From: Candidatus Poribacteria bacterium
GTDB lineage: Bacteria > Poribacteria > WGA-4E > WGA-3G
Direction: 5' to 3'
Length of the DNA: 64,000 bases
Assembly: GCA_963663765.2 (NCBI GenBank)
Contig: CAXXUA010000007.1
Location: forward strand, 82,741 to 146,740
Each line of letters opens with the position of its first letter. The stretch's first letter is position 1. The position numbers and the translations under genes were made by a program. Shown here piece after piece: positions 48,787-59,522 of this stretch. The notes beneath the pieces were generated by a model. It was not told where the DNA came from. It ran no database searches and was given only the letters and a program-made list of their open reading frames with translations.

Positions 48787-50829
48787 TTACCTTGCTTTAG
48801 CGATGATTTTCTCCCAGTCCCATAGCAGCACAGTTCCGTCACCACTTCCGCTTGCGAGTATTTTGCCATCATGTGAAAATACAAGTGATGGAATCGCCCA
48901 TGCATGACCGGATAAAGCACCTAATTCCTGTCCTGAATCCACATCCCATAATTGGATTACATCTTTTCTACCCTTAGGTTTTGAGCCAATAAGGGTTTTA
49001 CCATCAGGAGAGAAGACAAGACCTTCACAGAAAGCATTCTGACTATTAGGAATTGGTCCTAATTCTTGCATACTAGTTGGCGTAATTTTCCACAAAACAA
49101 TTCCCTGATGATTACCATTTGCAAGAATCGTGCTGTCGGGTGAGAAAGCTAAACCAGAAGCCCCCTTGATATTAGGTGGTGTGATTTCGTTCTGCGTGGT
49201 AACATCCCACACCTTAGTTTCGGCATGAGTGTCATACGATGCAAGGAATTTACCGTTAGGTGAGAACAGCAATTTATCCCCATGTGATTGTCTCGTGTTA
49301 ATACAGAAAAGTTCATCGCCAGTATTCGTATCCAATATGCGAATACCTTTACGTGTGCCGGCTGCGAGCAATTTGTTATCTTGAGAGAATGCGAGTGAAT
49401 CTGCATCTTGCTGAAACGTGTGGAGTTCATCACCTATTGGGAGCGTCCATAGCCGCGTTTCGCTATGTGGACTAAAAGTTGTACGCGTGCCACCTCCATC
49501 TGAACGCACGATAGTATCTGCCCCATGGCTGACAAACATTGTTGCATCCAGCGAAAAAGCCGCTGCTTCAGTTCTATCGTGATGTGCAATCAATGGTGGC
49601 AGGAACTGTTGTCTGGTCTTTAGATCCCATATTTGAACTGTACCGTTATCGGCAGCAGTTGCTAACATTTTATCGTCTGCAGTGAATGCTACCGATTTTA
49701 TGTCAACCGTATGTCCAGATGCAAAGTTAGCCATTTCCTTTTTTGTATTCACGTCCCAAAATCGGATAGTACCATCAGAACTACCGCTGGCAAGGATTTT
49801 CCCATCCGGTGAAAATGTAACTGCCCGGACACTACTGTTGTGTCCAGTGAGTGTTGTTTCCCTGCGTTTATTAGCAACATCCCATAGAATGATTGTATTA
49901 TCGTTGCTGCCGCTAACAAGGATTTTGCTGTCGATTGAGAATGCAATTGTGTTGACCCGTTCTTTATGTTCTTTGAAAGTTACAATTTCCGTGCTGGATG
50001 CGATATCCCACAATCGGACTGTGCTGTCATCATGTGTACTCGCAACTGTTTTTCCATCAGGTGACAAAGCAAGAGCGTAAACGCCTTTCATAGGTTTTGG
50101 GTCAAGCTGTGAAATGCCGGAAAATGGGGTTATTGCTTTAAAATGAGTAAGCTGACGACCAGTATAGGCATCCCATAAACGGATTTCTCCATTTTTAGGA
50201 TCTCCACTAACAAAAGTTTTTCCATCTTTGGAAATTGCTAATCTATCAATAGAATGATCTGAAAAATTATTCAAGATCAGACTTCTGTTACCCGTATCAA
50301 CATCCCAATGAATTATATCTCCAAAATGATGCGGTGTAATAAGTGTTTTGCTGTCATTGGAAAATGCAATCGCATTAGCCTTATCATAAGGAAAGGTTGC
50401 CGGTAACATTGAAAGTTGTTCGCCAGTATCCACATTCCATAATTGAATGACAAAGTTGTCTGCTTCGATTACAGCGAGAATACGGTTATCGTGTGAAAAC
50501 GCTATATTTCTCACAAAAGAGACTGTGTGCACAATCCATTCGTCAGGGTCAATAGGTTTGGTCAGTTTGTTATTTGCATGTCTTGGTTTAGTAGGGAATA
50601 GTGCTTTTGCATTGCCGTTTTTCACATCGTATAGCCACACACCGACGGTCGTTCCTACAGCGAGATGCATGCCATCCGGTGAAAATCGCATGATATTTAT
50701 CCCACCTTTCCCAAGCCGTGCGATTGCCCCCTCAGGTAGGCCGACCTGTGTGTTGTCTTGTGCCATGCTGGTAGAAACTGAAACAGAAATCAGAAATAGG
50801 ATCAGAATATAAATACTAATTCGAGACAT
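48787..50829 (-). CDS. secreted WD40-repeat protein (array member 1; start at MSRIS)
   Basis: GGAG RBS before 50829, signal peptide, same module. Confidence 0.9.
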   Translation of the reverse strand: MSRISIYILILFLISVSVSTSMAQDNTQVGLPEGAIARLGKGGINIMRFSPDGMHLAVGTTVGVWLYDVKNGNAKALFPTKPRHANNKLTKPIDPDEWIVHTVSFVRNIAFSHDNRILAVIEADNFVIQLWNVDTGEQLSMLPATFPYDKANAIAFSNDSKTLITPHHFGDIIHWDVDTGNRSLILNNFSDHSIDRLAISKDGKTFVSGDPKNGEIRLWDAYTGRQLTHFKAITPFSGISQLDPKPMKGVYALALSPDGKTVASTHDDSTVRLWDIASSTEIVTFKEHKERVNTIAFSIDSKILVSGSNDNTIILWDVANKRRETTLTGHNSSVRAVTFSPDGKILASGSSDGTIRFWDVNTKKEMANFASGHTVDIKSVAFTADDKMLATAADNGTVQIWDLKTRQQFLPPLIAHHDRTEAAAFSLDATMFVSHGADTIVRSDGGGTRTTFSPHSETRLWTLPIGDELHTFQQDADSLAFSQDNKLLAAGTRKGIRILDTNTGDELFCINTRQSHGDKLLFSPNGKFLASYDTHAETKVWDVTTQNEITPPNIKGASGLAFSPDSTILANGNHQGIVLWKITPTSMQELGPIPNSQNAFCEGLVFSPDGKTLIGSKPKGRKDVIQLWDVDSGQELGALSGHAWAIPSLVFSHDGKILASGSGDGTVLLWDWEKIIAKAR

Positions 50830-50993
50830 AGATTTTACTCCGTCATAGAGATGTATGTTTGTAGTGAATGCAAGCGGTAAGTATCCAACAAAATCCTTGA
50901 GAAAAATCAACGATTATGAGATACTATATTATATAACACTTTTCAATCTCTTTCCACAACTAAAATCCTTCCAATTATGAATGGAGAACGTAT

Positions 50994-51293
50994 ATGGTTG
51001 AACACATTGTTTTACTTAAGTTGAAGTCGGATGTCACCCCAACACAAATGGATGCGTTACCTGCTGCCTTAATGAAAATGATTGACGAAATACCCGGTAT
51101 TGAATCTATCACTGCGGGGACTAACAACAGTCCTGAAGGTAAGAGTCAAGGATATTCATACGGTTTTATTGTGCGGTTCACAGACGAAGCAGCACGAGAT
51201 GCTTATTTACCGCATCCGTTTCACCGAGAAATTGCAAGTGAACATATTCGACCACTTGTAGAAGATGTATTAGTATTTGATTATACAGTTTAG
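50994..51293 (+). CDS. Dabb (stress-responsive alpha/beta barrel) protein
   Basis: HIVLLK, IPGI, YLPHPFH, VFDY. Confidence 0.88.
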   Translation: MVEHIVLLKLKSDVTPTQMDALPAALMKMIDEIPGIESITAGTNNSPEGKSQGYSYGFIVRFTDEAARDAYLPHPFHREIASEHIRPLVEDVLVFDYTV

Positions 51294-51350
51294 TTTAAAT
51301 GTTGTAATCGCAAAAAAGATATTTCACATATACCTATGGAGGTTATTTAT

Positions 51351-52739
51351 ATGAGTTGGAACATAGTCGTCGTTGTTTCAGATACCTTACGCACTGCCTA
51401 TTTAAGCCCTTATGGAAATGATTGGGTACATACCCCAAATTTGGCTAAATTCGCATCAGAAGGTGTTAGATTTACTAATGCACATCCGGAATGTTTACCC
51501 ACAATTCCTACACGTCGTACACTTCATACAGGTAGGCGGATTTATCCATTTAAGACATACAATCCTGTACCGTGGGACAATGTCTATACGCCAGGATGGC
51601 AGCCCATGTCATCTGAGGAACCAGCAATTGCCGAGTCGCTTGTTAGAAACGGGTATCACACAGGTTTCTTTGCGGATGTGCCACACTATTTTGTACCTGG
51701 AATGAATTTTACCCGCGGTTTTCGTCAATGGCAGTTTGTGCGGGGACAAGCCGAAGACAGATATCGGGGTGCAGCCCATGTTGATCCGAGAGAAGTAAAA
51801 CGTTATCGTGGGAATGAAGGACGGATACGTTCTCATATCATGAATGTTCAACCAGAACGTCCAGAGGAAACTTGGCCAACTTCAAGACTGTTTCGCTCTG
51901 CAATAGAATTCGTTGAACATAATCATAAGAATACACCATTCTATCTCTATGTTGATGGGTTCACGCCTCACGAAACATGGGAAGCTCCCATTCACTATTA
52001 TGACCTATACGGTAGCAGAGAAGACAGAGAACCGATTTGTCTCAACCTACCCTACGGTTCACTGAAAAATGAGGAGCTTGAAAATCGCCTGCCGAGTGTT
52101 AAAGCAAACTATGCAGGATTAGTTACACTCGTGGATACATGGTTCGGTAGGTTAGTGGATACTATTGATAATCTCGGACTTCGTGATAACACATTGATTG
52201 TCTTCTTGAGTGATCATGGAACCAACTTCGCTGAGAATCCTGACAAAGCAACTGGGAAACCCGCTAACTTTATGTATCCCGGAACGATGGACATACCACT
52301 GCTTGTTCGTCATCCATCTGGCGTGAATGCTGGAACGACGTGTGATGAATTTGTCTATACACTTGATGTACCTGCAACGGTGATGGCAGCAAGTCAGGTT
52401 GAACCTGCAGGTGAAATTCAAGGACAGAGTCTGCTGCCCCTTGTTGAAGGAAAAGATGGGTTCACATCAAGAGAATATCTTACCTGTCGCTATGTCAATT
52501 CAGTATGGTATAAAGATGCTAAGAGTTGGTATTTCTCAAGTGTTGATCTCAATAGTGGTACACGTCTATTTGATCTTGAAGCAGATCCGACATGTCAAAA
52601 TAACATTGCGGACAAAGGCGAAGACCGAATTGCACTTGCCCATGAACGGATTTTGGCTGATGCGGATGGACACCTGCCTCAATACAAACGTCAAGGTAGA
52701 ACGGATGCCCTTGGTAGGCCTCAGTTTGCTGAGGAATAG
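51351..52739 (+). CDS. sulfatase-like alkaline phosphatase superfamily hydrolase
   Basis: VSDTLR, TPNL, PTIPTRR..TG, PHE, SDHG, DVPAT. Confidence 0.82.
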   Translation: MSWNIVVVVSDTLRTAYLSPYGNDWVHTPNLAKFASEGVRFTNAHPECLPTIPTRRTLHTGRRIYPFKTYNPVPWDNVYTPGWQPMSSEEPAIAESLVRNGYHTGFFADVPHYFVPGMNFTRGFRQWQFVRGQAEDRYRGAAHVDPREVKRYRGNEGRIRSHIMNVQPERPEETWPTSRLFRSAIEFVEHNHKNTPFYLYVDGFTPHETWEAPIHYYDLYGSREDREPICLNLPYGSLKNEELENRLPSVKANYAGLVTLVDTWFGRLVDTIDNLGLRDNTLIVFLSDHGTNFAENPDKATGKPANFMYPGTMDIPLLVRHPSGVNAGTTCDEFVYTLDVPATVMAASQVEPAGEIQGQSLLPLVEGKDGFTSREYLTCRYVNSVWYKDAKSWYFSSVDLNSGTRLFDLEADPTCQNNIADKGEDRIALAHERILADADGHLPQYKRQGRTDALGRPQFAEE

Positions 52740-52754
52740 AATTTAGTCTAAAGA

Positions 52755-53043
52755 GTGCACATTTTAGGTAAAAAGACACTGCGCGAAATTTAGGTAAGAT
52801 ATACTGATAGTCAAATCCCGCTTAGACGTTTGGTATAAACTTTTAAGCAAGAATACTTTCAATAATCTTGTTGAATTACGCGCAGTGTTTCCAAATGCTG
52901 ATCTCGTAGATGATTTAATTATTTTTAACATCGGAGGTAATAAATATCGTTTGGTTACCTCAATCCATCTTAACCGCAAGAAAGTGTATGTTCGTCGTGT
53001 TTTAGCTCATGATGAATATGACAGAGGAACTTGGAAAAAATAA
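52755..53043 (+). pseudogene. higB: HigB-family toxin pseudogene (missing from the ORF track)
   Basis: VHILGKKTLRE...WYK...FPNADLV..FNIGGNKYRLV..HDEYDRGTWKK; in-frame TAG at 52791 and a +1 frameshift near 52830. Confidence 0.8.
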
Positions 53044-53438
53044 GTATCATTGCTAAAGATATACAGAAACATTGGCGTGTTGTGCAACCGCTCATTTCTA
53101 TTCGCAATGAAGGCGAATACGATAAGGCCATTGCAACTCTAAACGCTTTACTTGATGAAGTCGGAACTAATGAAGAACACCCACTTTATGTACTCCTTGA
53201 TACACTTGGTACCGTCATTCATGCTTATGAAGAAAGACATCATCCAATTCCCGACTGTAGTGGTATTGAAGTATTAAAATACTTAATGGAGGAACATCAA
53301 CTTGATCCTTCAGATTTGCCTGAACTTGGCACACCAGACATCGTTCAGGCAATCATTGAAGGTGAAAGTGATTTAACAATCAAAAACATACACGTTTTAG
53401 CAGCAAGGTTTCAGATCGCACCTGCAGTGTTTGTATAG
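53031..53438 (+). CDS. higA: HigA-family antitoxin (HTH)
   Basis: IRNEGEYD, HAYEERH, LKYLMEEH, LAARF. Confidence 0.85.
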   Translation: MEKISIIAKDIQKHWRVVQPLISIRNEGEYDKAIATLNALLDEVGTNEEHPLYVLLDTLGTVIHAYEERHHPIPDCSGIEVLKYLMEEHQLDPSDLPELGTPDIVQAIIEGESDLTIKNIHVLAARFQIAPAVFV

Positions 53439-53505
53439 AATTTGAAATTAGTTTCAAACTTGACAATAAACCTTAGACTAACTTAACAAGAAAGGAGAAT
53501 ACGTT

Positions 53506-54723
53506 TTGACACACTCATATTTCAGCCAATCTTCAATTATTTTCATTGTTGTTGTAATTACAATGGCACTTGTCATATCTTGGAATGCTCATACACAGGA
53601 AACAATGACAAGCCTTTCTGGTAAAGTGTTAGATGAAGAAGGGAAACCAGTCGCAGGTCTTGAACTTGGTATAAAACCGGTAAAGTTTAGTTCGTATGGA
53701 GAAATGACATTACGAAAACCTTTTCTAATGTGGTCACGAACAGAGACTGATTCTGAAGGACGTTTCTCTTTCAAAAACATTGATACTGAGACATCACAAA
53801 TTACGATGTTTCCAGAACATGGGTCTGAATATGAGTTTATTTCCATGACAATTGACGACTTATCATTCCATTCCATAGCGTTTCGCCGCGGGATGCCAAC
53901 TGCATTTGGGAAACTAACCTTCAAAGTTCAGGAAGGTGAACATCTTGAAAATGTTATTGTGAATGTGAAAACACCACGAACAAGGATTCGTGGAAGAATT
54001 CTGCTACAAGATGGCACTCCGCTTGTTAATGCAGAAGTTCCACTCACAGTCAGTAGGTATCATCATTCTCCAGGAGGAAGTAGTAGTAGAAGAGGTAGTA
54101 CTGGATATACAGTTACCACTGATAACGAGGGTTATTTTGTATCGTACAATGCAGAAGCACCAGCTGGGAACAGAGTAAAAATGACATATAAAGGGATGGT
54201 TGAAAATTCAGATAATATTATCCTAAATGAGGGAGAGCGATACGATGACCTTGTGTTTGTCCTCAATAATTTTGATAGAGACAAAAAATATCAGGATGTT
54301 TGGATAGTAAATCCTAACAATGGACATGGATATAAAAAAATCGAATGTGATAGTTGGAAAGATGCTAAAGCAAAAGCTACTGCACTAAATGCACATCTCG
54401 TTGCTATTAACGATGAAGTTGAACAGGAATGGTTGGAAGGACTTTTTCATGAAAAATCGTTTTTCTGGATCGGATTGAGAGTTCCTGAGAATAAAGCATC
54501 TTGGCAATGGGATAATGGACAACCAATCACTTATACCAATTGGAGAATATCACCAAAACCCGATTACATTTCTGTCAATGAAAGAAATGATCCTTTTGTT
54601 TTGGGATTCTTCACGAAGAAATGGATGGTCATCGGATCTAATAGTCTATTCTTGTCTTCTGTGAAGCACGCAATCCTTGAAAAAGAAGGTTTAAATGTGC
54701 CAAAACCCACGTTAGAGAAATAA
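53506..54723 (+). CDS. secreted carboxypeptidase-regulatory-like repeats plus C-type lectin domain
   Basis: SGKVLDEEGKPV, TDSEGRF; NGHGYK, HLVAIND, WIGL, WQWDNG, YTNW. Confidence 0.78.
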   Translation: MTHSYFSQSSIIFIVVVITMALVISWNAHTQETMTSLSGKVLDEEGKPVAGLELGIKPVKFSSYGEMTLRKPFLMWSRTETDSEGRFSFKNIDTETSQITMFPEHGSEYEFISMTIDDLSFHSIAFRRGMPTAFGKLTFKVQEGEHLENVIVNVKTPRTRIRGRILLQDGTPLVNAEVPLTVSRYHHSPGGSSSRRGSTGYTVTTDNEGYFVSYNAEAPAGNRVKMTYKGMVENSDNIILNEGERYDDLVFVLNNFDRDKKYQDVWIVNPNNGHGYKKIECDSWKDAKAKATALNAHLVAINDEVEQEWLEGLFHEKSFFWIGLRVPENKASWQWDNGQPITYTNWRISPKPDYISVNERNDPFVLGFFTKKWMVIGSNSLFLSSVKHAILEKEGLNVPKPTLEK

Positions 54724-54792
54724 ACAGATACTTGCAATGGACAAGATTCTTACTTGACAATTCTATCTGTTAAATCAAGGGAGGAATTGATT

Positions 54793-56220
54793 ATGACTCA
54801 TTTCTACATCCGAAAAAACACCTTATTAGTCTTAACATTATTGAGTTTGTTGTTTTCTACAATTGCTTACTATAGTTATGCTGAAGAAAAATCCTCAACG
54901 TTATCAGGTCGTGTAGTTACTATAAAAGGTGACCCTCTTGGAGTAACACCTATAGTGCTTTTTCATGTCAAAATTAGAGATGAGGGAGGAATAGAAACTA
55001 TTTACGATAAGACTCTGTATCCTTTTCTCCGGCAGCGACCATCTCTACCAGCCAATTTGCCTGCCCAAGTCCGCGAACGAATGATGGGAAAAATGCCAAA
55101 TGAACAAGAAATGCAAACAAAACCTCCTTATCTAAAAACTGTTACAGATTCAGAAGGAAGATTTACTTTTTCAGATGTAACCTCTGGATTGGTTCAAATC
55201 ATGGTATTGCATGCAAATCCTCCTAAGAAAAAGCCTGCACCACCTGGACGTGAACATCTTAACTATACTATCCCACCAATGATTAATTCAATAAAGTTTG
55301 GCAAGTATACGTTCTATCCACATGAATTCTCTTATTCACCTGAATCCGGCGGAGTAACATTTGCTATCAAACCTGGGTCAAAAATCGAAAACGTTGAAGT
55401 ATTAATGGGATCTGATGTGAGAAATCAACTGATGGTTCAAGGTAAAATCCTTTTCAAGGATGGTACACCACTTACAAACGCATCCCTTAAAGCCAATATA
55501 GGACAGATGGATATCTATGACACAGAAGGAGATGCATTCAGTCGTAAGATACAGACCGATGCCAATGGAAACTTCCTACTTTCTGTGTATGCACCCGGTA
55601 TTTATACATTGTCAATTGAGCACCGTGGACTTTCATCTCTCTCAGATATGTTTATTGTAAATGAAGATGAACAGCAACAAGATTTAGTTATGACACTGGA
55701 TGGTAATTCTAACGATTTTGTTGATCCTCCCCAAGAAAACGGTGAACCACAGAACGATCCTTATCGTTTTGCTCCGGATATTCCCAAGGTCTGGATAGTA
55801 AACCCAGAGAATGGTCACGCTTATAGGGCTGTTCGTTGTGAAAACCGTGAGGAAGCACAAACGATAGCAGATGCTGAAGATGCACATCTCGTTACAATTA
55901 CAAGTGAGAGTGAACAGATTTGGCTTGAAGTCGCTTTCGGAAATGCTCCATATTGGATTGGTCTGTCCTATATAGCGTTTGGAAGTAAATGGCAGTGGGA
56001 CACTGGTGAGCAAATTGCATATACTAACTGGCCATTAGAAGATTTAACTGATCCTTCTGCATCATCCCGTTATACAGGTGAAAGTGTAAATTCCGCAATT
56101 ATGTCAAAAGATGGACGGTGGAAGGCAGTAGATTCGGATGATGGATTTCGAGAACGTGTACAAATAGCAGTCATTGAGAAGGATGGCATGCGCGCAATGA
56201 AAACTGACCCAGTAGAGTAA
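54793..56220 (+). CDS. secreted carboxypeptidase-regulatory-like repeats plus C-type lectin domain (paralog)
   Basis: TDSEGRF, TDANGNF; NGHAYR, WIGL, WQWDTGE, YTNW. Confidence 0.78.
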   Translation: MTHFYIRKNTLLVLTLLSLLFSTIAYYSYAEEKSSTLSGRVVTIKGDPLGVTPIVLFHVKIRDEGGIETIYDKTLYPFLRQRPSLPANLPAQVRERMMGKMPNEQEMQTKPPYLKTVTDSEGRFTFSDVTSGLVQIMVLHANPPKKKPAPPGREHLNYTIPPMINSIKFGKYTFYPHEFSYSPESGGVTFAIKPGSKIENVEVLMGSDVRNQLMVQGKILFKDGTPLTNASLKANIGQMDIYDTEGDAFSRKIQTDANGNFLLSVYAPGIYTLSIEHRGLSSLSDMFIVNEDEQQQDLVMTLDGNSNDFVDPPQENGEPQNDPYRFAPDIPKVWIVNPENGHAYRAVRCENREEAQTIADAEDAHLVTITSESEQIWLEVAFGNAPYWIGLSYIAFGSKWQWDTGEQIAYTNWPLEDLTDPSASSRYTGESVNSAIMSKDGRWKAVDSDDGFRERVQIAVIEKDGMRAMKTDPVE

Positions 56221-56291
56221 AATCAGTGCTTGAATAACTATGGTAGAAAATAAAAATAATTACACACCTAACAGGTAGGAGCGACCTCCTA

Positions 56292-57540
56292 GTAGATAGT
56301 CCATACTAAAAGTTTGTATTTATTTTTTTGTTTCTTAGTATCTTGACAAACAAGAGTTTTTCTCTTATAGTATAGCAAAACTTAAGGAGGAACACAACCT
56401 TGACTAAGAAATATGTTGTAAAACTCACTGATTCGGAGCGGCAGGAGTTGTTAGATTGTATAAACACAGGTAAAAAAGAGGCGTATAAGATAAGGAATGC
56501 TCATATTTTGCTGAAATCAGATGTCAATGGTCCCGGTTGGACTGATGGGAAAATAGCTGAAGCGTATGAGTGCACTGATAGGACAGTCGCGAAAGTGCGT
56601 AAGCGTTTTGCTGTAGGTGGTTTTTCTCGTGTCTTATTTCGTGCTAAGCGAGAGCATCCTCCCACACCTCGTAAACTTGATGGTGAAGCTGAAGCACGCT
56701 TGATAGCACTGAGTTGTAGCGAACCTCCCGAAGGTGCTGCTAAATGGACTTTACGCCTACTTGCGTCAGAATTGGTAAGACTTGAAATCGTGGAAAGCAT
56801 TTCTCCAGAAACGGTAAGACAGACACTAAAAAAAACGCTTTGAAGCCGCACCTTCAGCAACAGTGGGTGATTCCCCCTGAAAAAGATGCTGAGTTTGTAA
56901 AGTCGATGGAAGAAGTGCTTGATCTTTACCAGAAACCTTTAGATACAGAAATACCTGTTGTGAACATGGACGAACAATCTGTCACGCTTAGGGATGATGT
57001 TCGGGATCCGCATCCTGTGAAACCGGGGCAAGTCAAGCGTGTAGATAATGAGTATAAACGCAAAGGCACGGCAAATATCTTCCTATTCACAGAAGCATTA
57101 TCGGGATGGAGGCGTGTGTCTGTTCGGACGCGCAGAAAGGCAGAGGATTGGGCAGAAGAAGTAAAAATACTATTGGATCAGGACTACTCATCAGCAAAAA
57201 GTGTGATTTTAGTTTGTGACAACCTGAATATACACAAACTTTCGACGCTCAATAAAGTGTTTGGAGATGAGGAAGCAAATAGGTTGCGTAAGCGTTTAGA
57301 AATCGTGCATACGCCAGTACATGGAAGTTGGTTGAATATAGCGGAAATAGAACTGAGTGTCCTTACGCGTCAATGTTTGTGTCGGCGTATCCCAGATATA
57401 GAGACACTCCATAGAGAGACACAAGCCTGGCAAAAACGGCGAAATGCAGAGCAAAAGCAGGTAAACTGGCAATTTACAACGGACGATGCACGCGTACGAT
57501 TAAAACATCTATACCCGAACAATTAGAATGGACTATCTAC
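56292..57540 (+). mobile_element. IS630-family element (transposase 56400-56843 and 56840-57526, -1 frameshift) inserted in a REP
   Basis: TIR GTAGATAGTCCAT / ATGGACTATCTAC, TA duplication, A8C slippery run at 56828; internal TTGACA-N17-TATAGT. Confidence 0.92.
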
Positions 57541-57687
57541 TAGTCGCGACCAGGAGGTCGCTCCTATCGAATGTAGTTGATTTCCCTATTTGAATGTATA
57601 ATTCTTTTTAATTTAAACCATAACTACTTCACTAATCTATTCAATAGAATTGGTATATCCAACAGTTGATATACCAAAGTTTTCCAA

Positions 57688-59517
57688 ATGAAAACTACAT
57701 ACTCCCAACTTAGCCAACACCTTTTTATCCATCACGGAAATGTCAATACAGGTATTATTCGTGATGGACACCGCGCCTTTCTCATTGATCCAAGTGGTAC
57801 AACATTACAAACAACACTTGATGAATTGGGAATCACCGAAATAAAACACATCCTATATACACATCATCATCGTGATAGCACAGCAGGATTCCCTATTCCA
57901 GATAATGTTCGGATTGGTGTTCCGGAAGCTGAATTGCAGTGGTTTGCTGAGGTAGAAACCTTTTGGAATGACCCCAAATATAGATGGCATCTCTACAACT
58001 GCCACCCACACAATCTTATGCTTGCCAATTCCATCCAAATTACCGATACTTATGCGGATGGTGATCAGATAGAATGGGGCCCTGCATCTATTAAAGTTCT
58101 TGAAACACCTGGTCATACAGATGGAAGTGTCACGTATCTTATTGATTTAGACAGTCAACGTTTTGCTTTTACTGGTGATCTGATCTACGATGAAGGTAAA
58201 ATTTGGGAACTCTATAGTCTACAGAAAGGGCAGCAAACCACCGATTATCACGGATTTCTTGGTGCGCGGGATGAACTAAAAGAGAGCCTTGAAAAGGTTT
58301 GCAAGTCATCTCCAACCACACTCATTCCTACACATGGCATTATCATGAACAATCCTGACGATGCAGTTGAAATACTCCATTATCAATTAGATTATTGTTA
58401 CGATAAATATGTTTCAATATCCGCACTCCGACATTATTTCCCAAAATTGTTTACCGACTTTGAAAAACGTGCTGACCACATGCCTATCAGAGAAGGCAAA
58501 CCACCACCTGATTTCTTGCGTCATTTTGGTACAACATGGTTGATCATCTCTGAAAATCGTGAGGCGTTTGTTATGGACTGCGGTTCACCGAATATCATTA
58601 AACAGATACAGCAGTTGCAGGCAGATAATGAAATTTCAGAGGTGACGCAGTTTTGGGTGACACACTACCACGACGACCATGTAAATGCTATTCCTGAATT
58701 CCAGCAGGCATTTCCGTGTGAAACGATAACAGAGGCAATCGTGGCGAAAGTCATCACTAATCCCAATGCTTTTCGACTTCCGTGTATTTCACCTGCTGTT
58801 ACACATGTGGATCGAACAACACGTGACGATGACTCGTGGCAGTGGAATGAATTCACAATGACTGCGTACCATTTTCCTGGTCAGACCTATTATCACGGTG
58901 GTTTACTCGTTGAAGGACATGGTGTGCGTATGTTCTTTTCTGGGGATTCTTTCACGATGGCAGGTATTGACGACTACTGCTCAGGAAATCGGAATTCTCT
59001 CGGTAAGGATGTCGGTTACGAAAAGTGTATACGTTTAATTCAAGAACACAAACCGACACACATATTCAACTGTCATGTTGATCAAGCATTTGATTTCACA
59101 GATAAAGAGATCAACTTCATGTTGGACACGCTTGCGGAACGAGAAAAATGCTATACCGATCTCTTTCCTTGGGATCATGCAAACTACGGAATGGATGATC
59201 AGTGGGTACGTTGTTTTCCATATCAACAAGATGTCAAACCTGGAGATAATGTCACGTTGAGTGTAGAAATAACAAATCATTCGGATGAACCGCGACTTGC
59301 AATAGCTAAACCGATTCTGCCGTTTTCGTGGGGAATTGAAATTGAACCAAAAGGAACAACAATCCCTGCAAAAACAGATGGACATATTCAGTTTTCGATC
59401 GCGATTCCAACTGACTGTAATAATACTGGTAGAATTATTATCCCTTTTGAAATCACTTATCATGACAAACCGTTGGGGCAATTTCGTGAAGCTATCCTTG
59501 TCGTAAAGGGAGAATAA
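57688..59517 (+). CDS. tandem MBL-fold metallo-hydrolase with a C-terminal Ig-like domain
   Basis: THHHRD, TPGHT, THYHDDH. Confidence 0.82.
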   Translation: MKTTYSQLSQHLFIHHGNVNTGIIRDGHRAFLIDPSGTTLQTTLDELGITEIKHILYTHHHRDSTAGFPIPDNVRIGVPEAELQWFAEVETFWNDPKYRWHLYNCHPHNLMLANSIQITDTYADGDQIEWGPASIKVLETPGHTDGSVTYLIDLDSQRFAFTGDLIYDEGKIWELYSLQKGQQTTDYHGFLGARDELKESLEKVCKSSPTTLIPTHGIIMNNPDDAVEILHYQLDYCYDKYVSISALRHYFPKLFTDFEKRADHMPIREGKPPPDFLRHFGTTWLIISENREAFVMDCGSPNIIKQIQQLQADNEISEVTQFWVTHYHDDHVNAIPEFQQAFPCETITEAIVAKVITNPNAFRLPCISPAVTHVDRTTRDDDSWQWNEFTMTAYHFPGQTYYHGGLLVEGHGVRMFFSGDSFTMAGIDDYCSGNRNSLGKDVGYEKCIRLIQEHKPTHIFNCHVDQAFDFTDKEINFMLDTLAEREKCYTDLFPWDHANYGMDDQWVRCFPYQQDVKPGDNVTLSVEITNHSDEPRLAIAKPILPFSWGIEIEPKGTTIPAKTDGHIQFSIAIPTDCNNTGRIIIPFEITYHDKPLGQFREAILVVKGE

Positions 59518-59522
59518 AGAAT

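Noticed and set aside
40426-50829. Diversity-generating retroelement acting on the WD40 array
   Set aside because: No reverse transcriptase and no template/variable repeat pair with adenine-specific differences were seen.
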